In this document: positions 51,996-64,000 of the stretch, in pieces
How the letters are laid out: every line of letters begins with the position of its first letter
Position numbering within the stretch: position 1 is the first letter of the stretch
Source of the DNA: Vicugna vicugna
Lineage: Eukaryota
Length of the DNA: 64,000 bases
Assembly (NCBI GenBank): GCA_013265495.1
Contig: MU058418.1
Coordinates: 1,700,917 to 1,764,916 of the forward strand
Direction: 5' to 3'
The notes under the pieces: generated by a model
The model's database searches: none
Seen by the model: only the letters and a program-made list of their open reading frames with translations
Told to the model about the DNA's origin: nothing
Position numbers and translations under genes: made by a program

Positions 51996-53379
51996 GTGAG
52001 CACCGTACGCTTGGTTGCCGCCTTTCTTTTGACGGGTTTTTTTTCTCCCTCCATTTCCTCAGGGATTTTAGAGACGAAACCATCTGGCACTGTATTCCTT
52101 AGTCCAGGGACTTTTATCATTAATGTGCATAGGAAGCACTAGTCCGGGTGCCCAAGCCCGAGGGCGCGCTGAGGCGAGGATTTGGGGATGGTCGGTATCC
52201 CTAGGGTCGGTCGGAGGGAGCCACATTAGCCCAGGCAAGGGGGATGCTGTGGAAACTGGTGCTCTGCGCTCCTGCCTCTTCTTCTGTCCTTTCAAGTGGG
52301 CTCTCGCGGGATGGATTAGGGATACTTGTGCAACTGCATCTTTGTTTGCCATTATATAGAGGTATTCTATACTGCATTTGCTCAAATAAAGTCCCAAGCC
52401 AGGCTTTGGAAGAGGGTTGTCAGGTCAACTTTGTACGAGATTGAAGGCAAAAGACTCCCAAATATTCCTAGATATGAATTTTTGCAGGCTTTAATGATAC
52501 CACATAAAAAAAGACCTATAGAAATCTACAAAATTTAGCATTTTTAAAGATTCAATGATTTGTTTACAGATTACTGTTTGATTTTAAAAAGTCACTTTTC
52601 ATGAGAAAAGCCGAGGTGTGAAGGGCTGACAGTGGACCGACAACCAAATTAGATTTTAATTCTTCACATTGCAGAATAGATACGTTTCTTAAAACTTAGC
52701 CTTGTTAGGTACTAAGTATACAATAGTGGAAAGGACACAGCACCTATCTAGTTAAACTGATGGTTAAATATACATTACTGTGCAGCACACACACATCCGG
52801 TACACACATAAAACATGCAGTACTATATGATATCATTCGGATGGCTGGAAAGATCACTTAGCCCAGTCTTGGGAAGTCAGGGAAATCTTCATCTCAGGCA
52901 AAGAGGGAAGAAGGAACAGCATATGGTGAGGTCCAGAGTGAGAGAGATATGGTAATTTCAGGAAATTGCAATAAACCAAAATCATATATATTTTGGGAGG
53001 CATAACTTTGTGTATTGATGTACTTTGAAGCAGCAAAGAGACAGGTGCTGTGAATTTTCCAAATAGTTTCTGACAGTAACTTATCCTTGGAGAGATGTAT
53101 AGTTCTGATGAGTTTGGTTTAGGTTGGAAAGGCTTGGACATTCTCCTGTTACTTGTTTAAATCAGAATTTTAAAAAACGAGAACTCCTTATGAGTATGAC
53201 TTAAGCAAACAAACAAAACCATTGCTTTTTTTTCTTCTTTTTGGGAGGCTCATCCTCTTTAGTCTAGCCCACAAGTGGTAGGGTAGTTTCTTAAGTCTGG
53301 GTCTCCTTTTTTTTTTCTGTGTAATGGAAACCATTGTCGTGATTTTGCCACCACCTATGACTCTTAAATGTATAGCTCC

Positions 53380-55710
53380 ATCCAGCGTCATCTTTAACCT
53401 TTCTTATATCCATTTTCTTGATATTTCTTCTTGGATATCTCAAAAGCACCTCAAACTCACCATGCCTAAAACCAAATACACGTTTATCTCCTGTGAATCT
53501 GATTCTTTTCCAGTGTTCCTATTTCACTTTAGAGCATTACCATCCACTTGTGAAAATTTGAAACCTAAGCATTTTTCTTGATTTTTTAATGTCCTCCTTA
53601 CCTCTGTAGCCAAATTATTAATAAGTCCTGAATGTCTTATTTCCCAAATATCCCTCAAATCCATCTTTTTTCTTCCATCTGTGTAAGCACAGTCTTTCAC
53701 AAACTGCCATAATCACTTGCCAATACCATTGCAATAGTGATTATTCACCCTGGCCTTTCTCCATTAGTTTTCCACTCAGCAGCCAGAATGATCTTTCCAA
53801 ATGCAAATCCAATTAGATTTTCTCTTAAAACCATTCAGTGATGCCTTACCTTTATCTTAAAAGCAAAATTTCTTTATAAAGCCTAGTGTCTTCTGGTCCC
53901 TTTCTACCTCTCCAGCCCCATTTAGTATACCACTCTCCATTTATCTGTGCTTCAGCCATACAGATCTTTCTTCAGTCACTTGTTCTTATATTCCTTTTTG
54001 TCCATTTGTTCACTCAGCAAGTATCTGTTGTGTACCTACTATATAATGGGACACTGAGGATGTGTACCGCTGAGCACAATATACTCAAGTCCCTACTCTC
54101 ATAGATCTTCTCATTCTACTAAGGAGAGGTAGACAATAAATATGTGACATATGTAGTAAATGAAGGCAAATGCAGTGGAGAAAAATAAGAACCAACTGGG
54201 AAGGGAATGGGGAGTGCCAGTTTTTGAGGGGCAAGTTTCACTTAAATAAGTTGGTCAAAGAACACCTAATCAAGAAGGAGACGTTGGAGGGGATCTGAAG
54301 TAGGAGAAGGAGTAAGTCATACAGATGCCTGGAGAAAGAACATTTCTGTGAAGAGAACAGCCAGTGCAAAGGCCTGTGGTTCCTCACCTTTGACAAACAG
54401 CAGTGTGGCAAGAGAAGATAATAACATGGGGTCACAGAGGAAGGAGGTCATGTAGGTGATTGAAAGGTCTTTGACTTTGTTGATTGAGATAGGAAGCCAT
54501 TGGAGGGTTCTGAGCAGATGAGTTGCATAATCTGACTTTTAAAATTGATTACTTCTTTTAAATTATGTTGATCATAGACCAAGGAAAAGCAAGGGTAGAA
54601 GCAGAGACACTAGAATATTAAGTGATAGTCCAGATGAGGGATGTAGTGGACTAGGGTGATAACAATGGAGAAAGTGGGAAGAGGCTAGAGTCTGGATATA
54701 TTATGAAAGTATAGCTAACAGATTTGCTGACAAATTGGATATGAGGTGTGAGAGTAAAAGAGTTAAAGATGACTCCAAGTTCTTAGCCTGAGCAACTAGA
54801 AGGAAGGAATTGCCATTTAATGTCATGGGAAATTTCCAGATTTGTGTATGAGGGTAAGGGGTGAATCAGGAGTTTAGTTTGGCCACATTAATTCTGAGAT
54901 GCTTCTAAGACATTCCAGTAGAGGTGTGGAATAGAGAGTTGGATAAATTAGTCCAAAGATGAGGGGGAAGATCTGGCTATAGATAAAATTTTAGTTTTCA
55001 TAGTAGTGTTTTGATACTTGGTAAAGACTGAGAATAGTTGGTATCACAAAAAGAGGCACTCCATGGAGTTTGGGTCGATTTGGTGTTATCTGCAACTGTG
55101 ACTTTGCAGGAGTAGCTAGTGAACAGAGAGAGAAGCCTACAGAGTGTGGTGTCCTAAAAGCCAAGTGGAAGTAGTTGAGGAGGAAGGAATGCTAAGTTAT
55201 GTTAAATGCTGCTCTAGGTCAAACGAGAAGAGGTTAACTGATCACTGCATATGGTAACGTGGAGATCACTGAGGATCTTGAGAGCAATTTCAGTGCAGTA
55301 AATGGTATAAAAGGGTGTTTCATTTAAGAGAGAATGGGAGAAGTAGAGACAGTGAATGTGGATGCAGCACCTTCAGTACTATTTTCTTTGTCCAGACTGT
55401 TCTAGCCTAGTGTTTGACTCCTATTCTTGTTGATCTTAGCTGAAATACCACTTTCTCAGAGAAGTTTGCCTGATCTGATTAAATGCCCCTGTTATGTACT
55501 CTTATTGTACCATATATCTCTTCTTGCTAATAAGTTACAAATGTAGTTTTAAAATTGTCAGTGTGATTATTTTATTAAAGTGTGTCTGCTCCTAAAGCTT
55601 AAGCACACAAGAGTAGCAACTCTGCCAGCTTTTGCTCATCTCCAGCTCTGAGTACAGTGCCTGACATTTAGAATGAACTTAATAAATATTTGACGAATGA
55701 ATGAATGAAA
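53380..55710. mobile_element. L2 cluster: plus-strand L2 interrupted by a minus-strand L2 (about 54000-55370)
   Basis: CACCTCAAACTCACCATGCCTAAAACC and terminal AATAAATATTTGACGAATGAATGAATG flank a purine-rich reverse L2 (GGAAGCCATTGGAGGGTTCTGAGCAG). Confidence 0.72.
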
Positions 55711-58700
55711 GAAAAATGTAAAGTCAGAATTTCCAAAGGTATTGCATGTTTACCTACTGTTTATAAAAGCACAAGATAATTAATGGGTGGAGGAAGGTAC
55801 TTTATAATGAAGGCATTTTAGAAAATTAGTCTTAAAGAGAGCAAAATTTTATTGCTAGTGAATTTTAGTGCTCACCCTCATGAAACTGGATTTGCTAATA
55901 TTTTACCAATATCTAATCCTGTTATAAGATAGTTGAGTATATTTATATATAGAGTATAAAGCATGTATAGAGGAGTTCCTGCTTTAAATGAATAGTGCTT
56001 TAGTTAAGGAAAAAGCTGACTGGCTGGTCTCCAACAAGAGACCTTCGCTATGAAATTCACTGATGAATTAGTAACTGTAAAAAGAAACCAGGGCTCCTAA
56101 GTCTTGGGCACTTACAAACACAGTCTTGCTAAGTGCACCAGAATGTGTGAGGTTTGGAGATAAACACATGTGACTGATGAAATTTTAGGATGCCAATTTA
56201 TTGATATACTTAGAGATATTTGCCAAGTAGATAGCATAGATTCTTTGACTAAGGAGTTTTCTCTGTAGGAAAATTATATGAGAAATCATCAGGTTGCTTA
56301 GGAGCTTGGAATCAGAACAAAGGAAATTAGATACATGTTGTGGTCACTTAATAGCTTTAAGCTATGAGAACCTCTGCACAGTAGAGCTTTATTTGCCTCC
56401 AATTTTTGCCCCTCTGAGTTCCTTTTTTCATTCCTGACAACTTTTTTTTTTGATGGAAACATTCTTTAAATATTTTAAAACTTTTATGTAATAACCTAGT
56501 CTCTGGTCTTAGAACCATTCAGTATGAATTTGCTGGTCCATTAGACTGATTTATAGTTTAGCCTTCAGAGGCTAATCTTATTTCTAAGTTTTCCCACCAC
56601 ATAGCTTATGGGGGTACATTGATCTTGAGCTCAGCAATGAGGTCTGAGCTGGAGATGTATATTTGGAAACTATCAGCCTATTGGAATATTTTGTTTTATT
56701 TTGCTTTTAACCTACCATGTCTATGTGCTTACTATGTTTCAGGCACTCTGTTAAATGCTTTGCATATGTATTATTTTACCCTTACATAACTAAAAAAAAA
56801 ATGGTAGAGTTGATCCAATGCTTACTCTTAACTGTTATGTTAGCATTATACTATAACCATGGGAGCAAATAAAATTGGCTATGGAGAGAATGCAGAATAA
56901 GAAAAGAGCCAGCGTAGTCTGAAACTAACTAGAGAAGGAAGAGTATAATCAGGAGATGGGCAACCAAGGATTTGAAAATTTCAAGAAGGAATTACTGGTC
57001 AATATGCAGAGTGCTTCAACATGTCTAGAAAGCTAAAGTTACTGGATGATTTGACAGTTGGTGGTCTGTGTTACCCTACAATGTATGCATCTGGCATAAA
57101 TTCCCATATTAATATTGAATTACTGTGCTGAATTGAGATAAAGATTGATTGGCTTGGGGTGACCTATAGGATAAAACAGTCTGCCCCCTGAAGATAGGAG
57201 AGTTATTTCTAAAGGGCTGGCATTTCCCTTGTTCACCTCTACCAAAAACATAGGGTCCAAATCAAGAAACCAACGTGGATAAAAGGATTTAAGTAAGTGG
57301 GAGTGGGTAACTCTGGATCCTTCTGGGCTTTTCTTTCCTAGGTTTATTCTTTAAGGAGGGGATATGGTAAGCATGGATTCTTGGGTTGTATATGCTAAAA
57401 TAGCACTTACCTGTTGAAGGTACATAAGGAGCTATCATAGAATAGAGCCTAAAAGTGCCAGAGAGAAAATCCTAACTTTTAAGATTTGCTGCCTGGTTTC
57501 TTTTTGGTGTTTGTCCTTTCTTCTCTTTTATTATATTATAGCCTTGGCAAAGTCTTATTTAAATATTATAACTTTATCTTTTCTGTATCAAGACATATAA
57601 GGGAAAGAGTCATAGTTATAGATCTAACTAGGTAGGAGCATTGTAGGGGGAGCAGCACCCTTCTGCCAGTGAGGCCAATGAGGAGGAACAGCAATAATGA
57701 GATCTCCAAGGAGAAAGTGAATATTGAGAACAAAAATTGGAACTCATGGGCTTAACTCATAAATTGCTCTTCTGCATGCAGAGATTCTTCTTCCATTGTC
57801 AGCACAGGATCTGAGTTTTATTTCTTAAAGAAGGCAGTGCCATTTTCCTATCAGAATTTCATCAGTAACCTTTTTTTGTTGCACTTGCAAGGGAATGGAG
57901 AGATGAAGTCCTGACATTTGCATTCATTTGTTTAGTACTTACTGGAAACCCAATATGGACAAGCTCTGTGATTGGCACTAAATATATAGCAGCATACTTA
58001 AAAAGCTGCCCTTAAGCATACAATCTGCATGGAATATAGACTATTCTTTGAAGAAGCTTGGCTAGACAGTGAGGAATAGAGATAGGGTGGTAGCTGCAGG
58101 TCTGAGTGAGAGATAATGAGAGACGGGTGATGCTTAGGAAACAGAATCAACAGGATTTAGTGACTATTTGGCTATGGGAGAGAAAGAAAATGCCTGGGGT
58201 GACTACTACCCAGATGATAAAGAGTAACTCCTATTAATCTGAGTAGGGAATATACTAGGAAGACCAGGTTTGGGATGGAAAGATACTGAGTTCAGGTTTG
58301 GACATGTTAATCATATTGTTTGAGGGATTTAATGAGTCATTCAGGTGAACAATACCCCGTACTGCTTCTGAAAAGCTTCTCTATGTCAAACCCTAACTCT
58401 TGATGTGAGATGTAGCTATAGACTCAGATAGTAAGAGAGCATGGACCTCAGAGTCACAGTCTTTTGGGTTTGAATCCCAACTTCACTTCTTCCTGGCAGT
58501 ATGAATTTGGCCAGTTGTTTAACCTTTGAATGTGGGAGATGAAATAGCCTTAGTTTTCTTACCTGTAAGAGGAGGATAGTCCCTAACTTCTCAGGACTGT
58601 TGTGAAGATTTAATATGATAGTGTATATAAAGTTTTTAGATTAGCACCTGGCACTCAAGGAACAGTATCTTTTAAAATGATCATCTTTCCTTCAGTTTGA

Positions 58701-60789
58701 TTGACATTAATGAAATATTTGTAAAGTGATTTATAGTTGAACTGAAAAGTGTTAATTTTTTATAATCCTACAATTGTTGGCATTTTCTAAGATTTTATAA
58801 TGAGATCCTTGAATTATATTTCTTCTTTCCCAAATTTACAACATAGCTTTAATAATATTTTGCATTTCAGGCTTCTTAATTAGGGAAAGTTTCCATAAGT
58901 AAAAATATGGCAATTATAATTTTATTTTCATTAAACAGCAAAATGAAATATTACTGTATTTCTGAGCCAGGACTCCATGTCCAGCTTTGTTTTAGAAATT
59001 ATTAAAAACATTGTATTTCATCTGTAACATATCAGTATGATAAAAGTTTAAAGAATGTATAGTTCAAGAAAATATAATTCCCAATCACACAAAATTTTAT
59101 TTAATGTGATATAGTTTTACGCTGTTTAACTCAGAGTTCTTGTTTTTATAATATCTGCCTTATTTTTGCAGCAACAAATAAAGCAAATACATATTTTGGA
59201 ATTTAGAAGAACTCTTTAGGTTGGTAAATTGTCATAGTACATTTTAGAAGACTGTTTGGGAAACAAGATTGTTGACTGCCTGAGAACAGATTGAGAGGTT
59301 TTGCTAACTTGAGAAGAAGCAGCTTAACATTTCCATGAGACCTGACTGTGGAGTCAGACCTTCAAATCCATGCTTTTGCCATTTACCTTATGCAGATTGC
59401 TAACCTTTCTAAAACCCCATTTTATTCATCTATAAAATACAGTACATATTATTTTTCATTGTTATATTTCTGATCTTTGTATATACCAAATTTAGGGTCT
59501 TGGCATATGCTGTTTTTTTACTTGCCGTGGTATTACATAATATTTCACATGGCTGCCTTCCTTACTGTTTTGGACTCATCTTAAAATTCCTGTCTTCAGA
59601 GAGATCTTCCCTCACCATTATAGCTAAAGCAGACCACCTATTACCCTTAGTCTTCTTCACAGCAATTCAGTTATCAACTTGAATTATGTTTGTTTATTTC
59701 ATGCTTTTTGGGTGTTCTTCTGCATGAGAATATGAGCTCCTTGAGAGCAATGACTCTGTCTTGTTTACCGCTGTGCTCCCAGTGCCTCAAACAGTGACTC
59801 ACACATGGTAGATGCTCCCAAGGTACTTGACCTACTGGCTGACCACCTACTTCATAGGCTTGTAAAGAAGACTCCATAAAATATTATACATAATGCTCTT
59901 AAATGCTTAGTACCATTTCCTCTGTATAGTTGTTTGTTTTCCTGTGTCCTATCTAATTCTAAAAAGTTTTGAGACATCTGCTTACACACACACACACACA
60001 ATCTAATGGTTTAGAATTATCATATTAATAGTTAATATACACAGTATATTTATTCTGTGCCTGTTTCTTATGCCAGGTGATTTACATGGATTTTTTTAAG
60101 CTTCACAGTAACCCTATGAAGTAGATATTATTATCCCCATTTTTTATAGCTAAGGAAGCTGAGGCCCAGAGAGTTTAAAAAACTTCCCTCAAAACACATA
60201 GCTAGTAAATGGCAGAGCCAGGACTAGAAACCATGCCTGTCTGCCTCCTGTTAAAGATCTGTTAGTGTAGTAGCTTTTTTCTCATTGCAGATTTTTTGGG
60301 GAGTGGGGGAGGGATCGGTAGGGAATCCCAAGTATAGAACTCAAATACTAAGTTAAACTCAAATGTTCATTGTGCCTTCCCTGAAGGAAGCTTTCTGCTT
60401 TCTTGAGGAACCATCTCATCAGCTCCAGTTGTTTAGCCTCTTCTTTACACCTGTGTTTAAAATGAGAAAATCGTAATTGAAACTGAATACTTTATTCTTT
60501 GTATCCTTATTGTGTTTAATGTTTCACAGTGTCAGAAAGCCTCAGAAGTCTTAACTTTAATGGTTGCCCAGCTCAAGTGTTAACAGGGCTGAATTGAGTT
60601 AACAACTCTCAAAATCCATCACAGCCCTATTTTTGAACTTTATTCATAATAACAGATTGCAGCTGTGGCTTGAGCTCTTCTTCTTCTGTGTAACTTTTGG
60701 CAAGTCTCTTGATTTTTTCTGTGCCTTAGAGTCTTGAGCTGTAAAATGAGGGGAATTGGAATAGATTTTTTTCTTTTTTTCTTAACTTA

Positions 60790-61970
60790 CATGCTTTGCA
60801 TTACTGTTCACTCTTATATTGTACATTGTATGGGTTTTGATAAATACATAATGTCATGTATCTACCATTGCAGTGCATACAGAATAGTTTCACCACCCTA
60901 AAAATCCTCTGTGCCCCACCTATTCATACTTGGCTCTTTCTTGCTGAACCCTGGGTAACCACTAATCTTTTTACTGTCTCCGTAGTTTTGCCTTTTTCAG
61001 AGTATCATGTGGTTGGAATCATACAGTATGTAGCTTTTCAGCCTGGCTTCTTCCACTTAAAAATGTCCATTTAAACCCCTCTATGTTTTTCATGACTTGA
61101 TAGCTCTTTTCTTTTTATTGCTGAATAATACTCCGTTGTACAGATATACTATAGTTTATGTTCGCCTTTTGAAGGACACCTTGGTTGCTTCCAGTTTTGG
61201 GCAGTTATGAATAAAGCTGCTGTAAACATTTGTGTGCAGTTTTCAACTCATTTGGATAAATAATTAGGAGCATGATTGCTAGATTATGTGGTAATCTTAT
61301 GTTTAGCTTTGTAATAATTTCCCAACTGTTTTCCAAAGTGGCTGTACCATTTTGCATTTCCACCAGCAAAGAATGAGAGTTCTTGTGCCGTCACATCCTC
61401 CTCAGGATTTGGTATTGTCAGTGTTTTGGATTTTAGCCATTCTAGTAGATAAATAATGATATCTCATTTAATTTGCATTTCCCTAATGACATATAATGTT
61501 GAGCATTTTTTTCATATACTCAATTGCTACCTGTATATCTTCTTTGGTGAGATGTCTGTTCAAATCTTTTTTAACAATCAATTTTAAAATTGAGTGGTTC
61601 TTTTTTTTATTTTTGAGTTTTAAGAGTTCTTTAGAAATCTTGGACACATGTTCTTTATCAGATACATATTTTGCAGTTACTTTCTCCAAGTCTGTGGCTT
61701 GTCTTTTTTATTCTCTTAACAATGTCTTATGCAAAGTAGTTTTTAATTTTAATAGCGCAAACTTGTCAGCTTTTATTTCATGGATTGTGCTTTTGTTATT
61801 GTATCTAAAAAGTATTGCCAAACCCAAGGTCACTTAGTTTTTCTTTTGTGTTATCGTCTAGAAATTTTTTATAGCTTTGTGTTTTATGCTATAGATTTAT
61901 GATCCACTTTGAGTTAGGTTTTTTTGTGTGAAAGATACAAGATCTATGCCTAGATTCATTTATATTTTTG
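60790..61970 (-). mobile_element. Old L1MB-type 3' fragment
   Basis: Minus-strand ORF2 remnant KDLNRHLTKEDIQVA; TTCCAAAGTGGCTGTACCATTTTGCATTTCCACCAGCAA. Confidence 0.88.
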
Positions 61971-63064
61971 TTAATATAAAGTACCTGCTGGATCTAAAAT
62001 CATTAATTATTTTGATCAATAATATTAAAAGGTGAAAAAACTTTAAAAAGAACCCAAATAGTTTACTGAATATGGCTATGTAAGTATTGTTCTTCAAAGC
62101 TGTTCCCTGGGAGAGAGGCTTGAAGTCAGCCCAAAGATGAGACCAGGGAGAGCTTTACCTGGAACACATGGGAGTTGGGACTAACAGTTCTATTTCAGTT
62201 CTGCTCTACTGTTACCTGTTGTTAACACGTGCAGTTGGCTGAGTGCTATACGTGCCAATCATTAGCTGGGGAGACTTCCTACAATTAGGAATATTTTTCT
62301 TCAGTTGAAATATCCTTTTATTTGTCCCCAGTGCCATTTCTTTGCTACTTTGCTTAGTCATACCGGCTTGCAAAAATCCACCTGTGGTTTCTCCCCAATA
62401 GTTTCACCCTTTCATACTGTGAAACACTGAAGCCATCTGAACCTTAAATATATCTGTCTATATTTTGACTGACTTCAATTTAAGGTTTTAAAGGAGGCTT
62501 TCCTAATTATCTACCACTTCATAATATAAGTAGGTTTGCCTTCAAATTCTTACTTGTTTTTTTTTTATTTTGGCTTGTTGGAAAATAGCTTATCAACCAA
62601 GTATTTTATTATATGTGTCCCTTGGTGTGTATGTGTATGTGTGTTGCCCAGATAAATCATAAAGGCTTTTATATTTTGAATCTTTAGATTTTATTTCTAC
62701 AGTGTCCATAACAAAATTGATTTGAATTCTTTCCTTAACAAGATTGATTTGAATTACATTCTCTTCAGCCTTAAAATGCCTACTTTCTAAAATACTGTCA
62801 TACATACTATTCTCAGAATATAGTCTTTTTCTTTTTGTCTGTTATTTTGCTTCTATCTTTCAGGAATAAATGAATGAACCACTTAAGTCAGATTTACTCT
62901 TTAATATTTTCTCCAGTTCTTCTGTCTTTTGTGTTGCCAAATTTACTGTAATATGCTTTGAATGTCTAAATCTCCAATATTTCTGGCATATTTTAATAGA
63001 TTTTAAAAATAATAAATTGTTTAATTCATTTTGCCCTTATTGAAAGATTTGTGAGCTAACTCTA

Positions 63065-63087
63065 GCGCGCGCGCACACACACACACA
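63065..63087. repeat. (GC)n(AC)n alternating purine-pyrimidine tract
   Basis: GCGCGCGCGCACACACACACACA read directly; a further (CA)n lies at about 59983-60000. Confidence 0.9.
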
Positions 63088-63338
63088 ATTTATGACATAA
63101 ATTTTGTGGACTAATCTCACTGCTGGCTTTATTCTTATTCTTCTATTGTTTTCCTTATCCACATATTTTATGTGAATATATACATATATAGAGGTAAGAT
63201 ATTAAAATTTTGTGTCATTTAAAAATTATTAAATATTTCAAGAAAAAATAAAAATAAGAATAATATAATAAAAAACCTATTACCTATTTCCTGGAATGAA
63301 CAAGTATTAACATTTTGCTTTATTTATTAAATGTAATA

Positions 63339-63759
63339 TTTTTAAATTAAAGTATAGTTGATGTACAAGATTATATAAGTTATAGGTGTGCAATATGGTG
63401 ATTCATATCTTTTTTAATAGTGATTCACAGTTTTTAAAGGTTATACTTCATTTTTAGCTATTATAAAATATTGGCTATATTCCTATGTTGTACATTATAT
63501 CCTTATAGCTTATTTTGTACCTAATAGTTTGTATCTCTTAATCCCTTACCCCTTATTGCCCCCACTCCCCACTAGTAACTACCAGTTTGTGTGTTTTTTG
63601 TTATGTTCATTAGTTGTGTTTTTTAGATTCCACATATAAGTTATATCATACAGTATTTGTCTTTCTCTGACTTATTTCATGTAGCATAATATCCTCTAAG
63701 TTCATCCATGTTGCTGCAAATGTCAAATTTTCTTTCTTTTTTACGGCTAAATAGTATGC

Positions 63760-63816
<57 letters not shown>

Positions 63817-64000
63817 CACCACATCTTCTTTATCTGTTCATCTGTTGATGGACGCTTAGGTTGAGTCCATATCTTGACAATTGAAAATAATGCTGCTGTG
63901 AATACTGGGGTGCATGTATCTTTTTGAATTAGTGTTTTTATTTTTTTCAGATATATATCCAGGAGTAGAATTGCTGGGTCATATGGTGGTTCAATTTTTA
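63339..64000 (-). mobile_element. LINE-1 3' end running off the window, with internal (TA)n at 63766-63816
   Basis: Reverse L1 3'UTR and ORF2 end (TTAGATTCCACATATAAG, TTCATCTGTTGATGGAC). Confidence 0.9.

Larger units (their letters stand above)
50780..52220. promoter_or_regulatory. CpG island / bidirectional promoter (SESN1 minus strand, divergent gene plus strand)
   Basis: Abrupt GC- and CpG-rich stretch in an AT-rich background. Contains GC boxes (CCCCGCCC at about 51441 and 51489), ATTGG at about 51478, and NRF1-like and ZNF143-type motifs. Lies just upstream of the SESN1 ATG. Confidence 0.92.

Noticed and set aside
50639..52400. Long overlapping ORFs (up to 254 aa) in the CpG island
   Set aside because: Expected from stop-codon depletion in GC-rich DNA; low-complexity Pro/Gly/Arg translations with no recognisable domain.
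1..64000. CRISPR array, prokaryotic defence system or novel operon
   Set aside because: The sequence is clearly mammalian intronic and promoter DNA, with no repeat-spacer array or dense ORF structure.

Overview
Mammalian genomic DNA, most likely a camelid, judged from five tRNA-Ala-derived Vic-1-type SINEs and matching L1 3' ends. There is no prokaryotic content and no CRISPR array. The only host coding sequence is the first coding exon of the long SESN1 (sestrin-1) isoform on the minus strand (50235-50501, 89 codons). Positions 1-50234 are its intron 1. A CpG-island bidirectional promoter lies at about 50780-52220. By recalled human synteny, the divergent plus-strand gene is CEP57L1, whose non-coding exon 1 and intron 1 would fill the rest of the window. 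Most remaining sequence is L1, L2, MIR, SINE, LTR and hAT repeats, plus four N-gaps inside one young L1. The most unusual object is a U1 snRNA retrocopy (29175-29327) lacking exactly U1 nt 1-9, inserted at a target whose 20-bp duplication contains AGGTAAGTA, the complement of the U1 5' end. Other observations: a probable 4-codon deletion in SESN1 exon 1, four uORFs in its leader, back-to-back ZNF143-type and twin NRF1-like motifs, a G4/hairpin element, a local 58-bp templated duplication, a SINE-L1 composite, and a retroelement orientation flip at the promoter. Repeat family names and human comparisons are from memory, not database searches.
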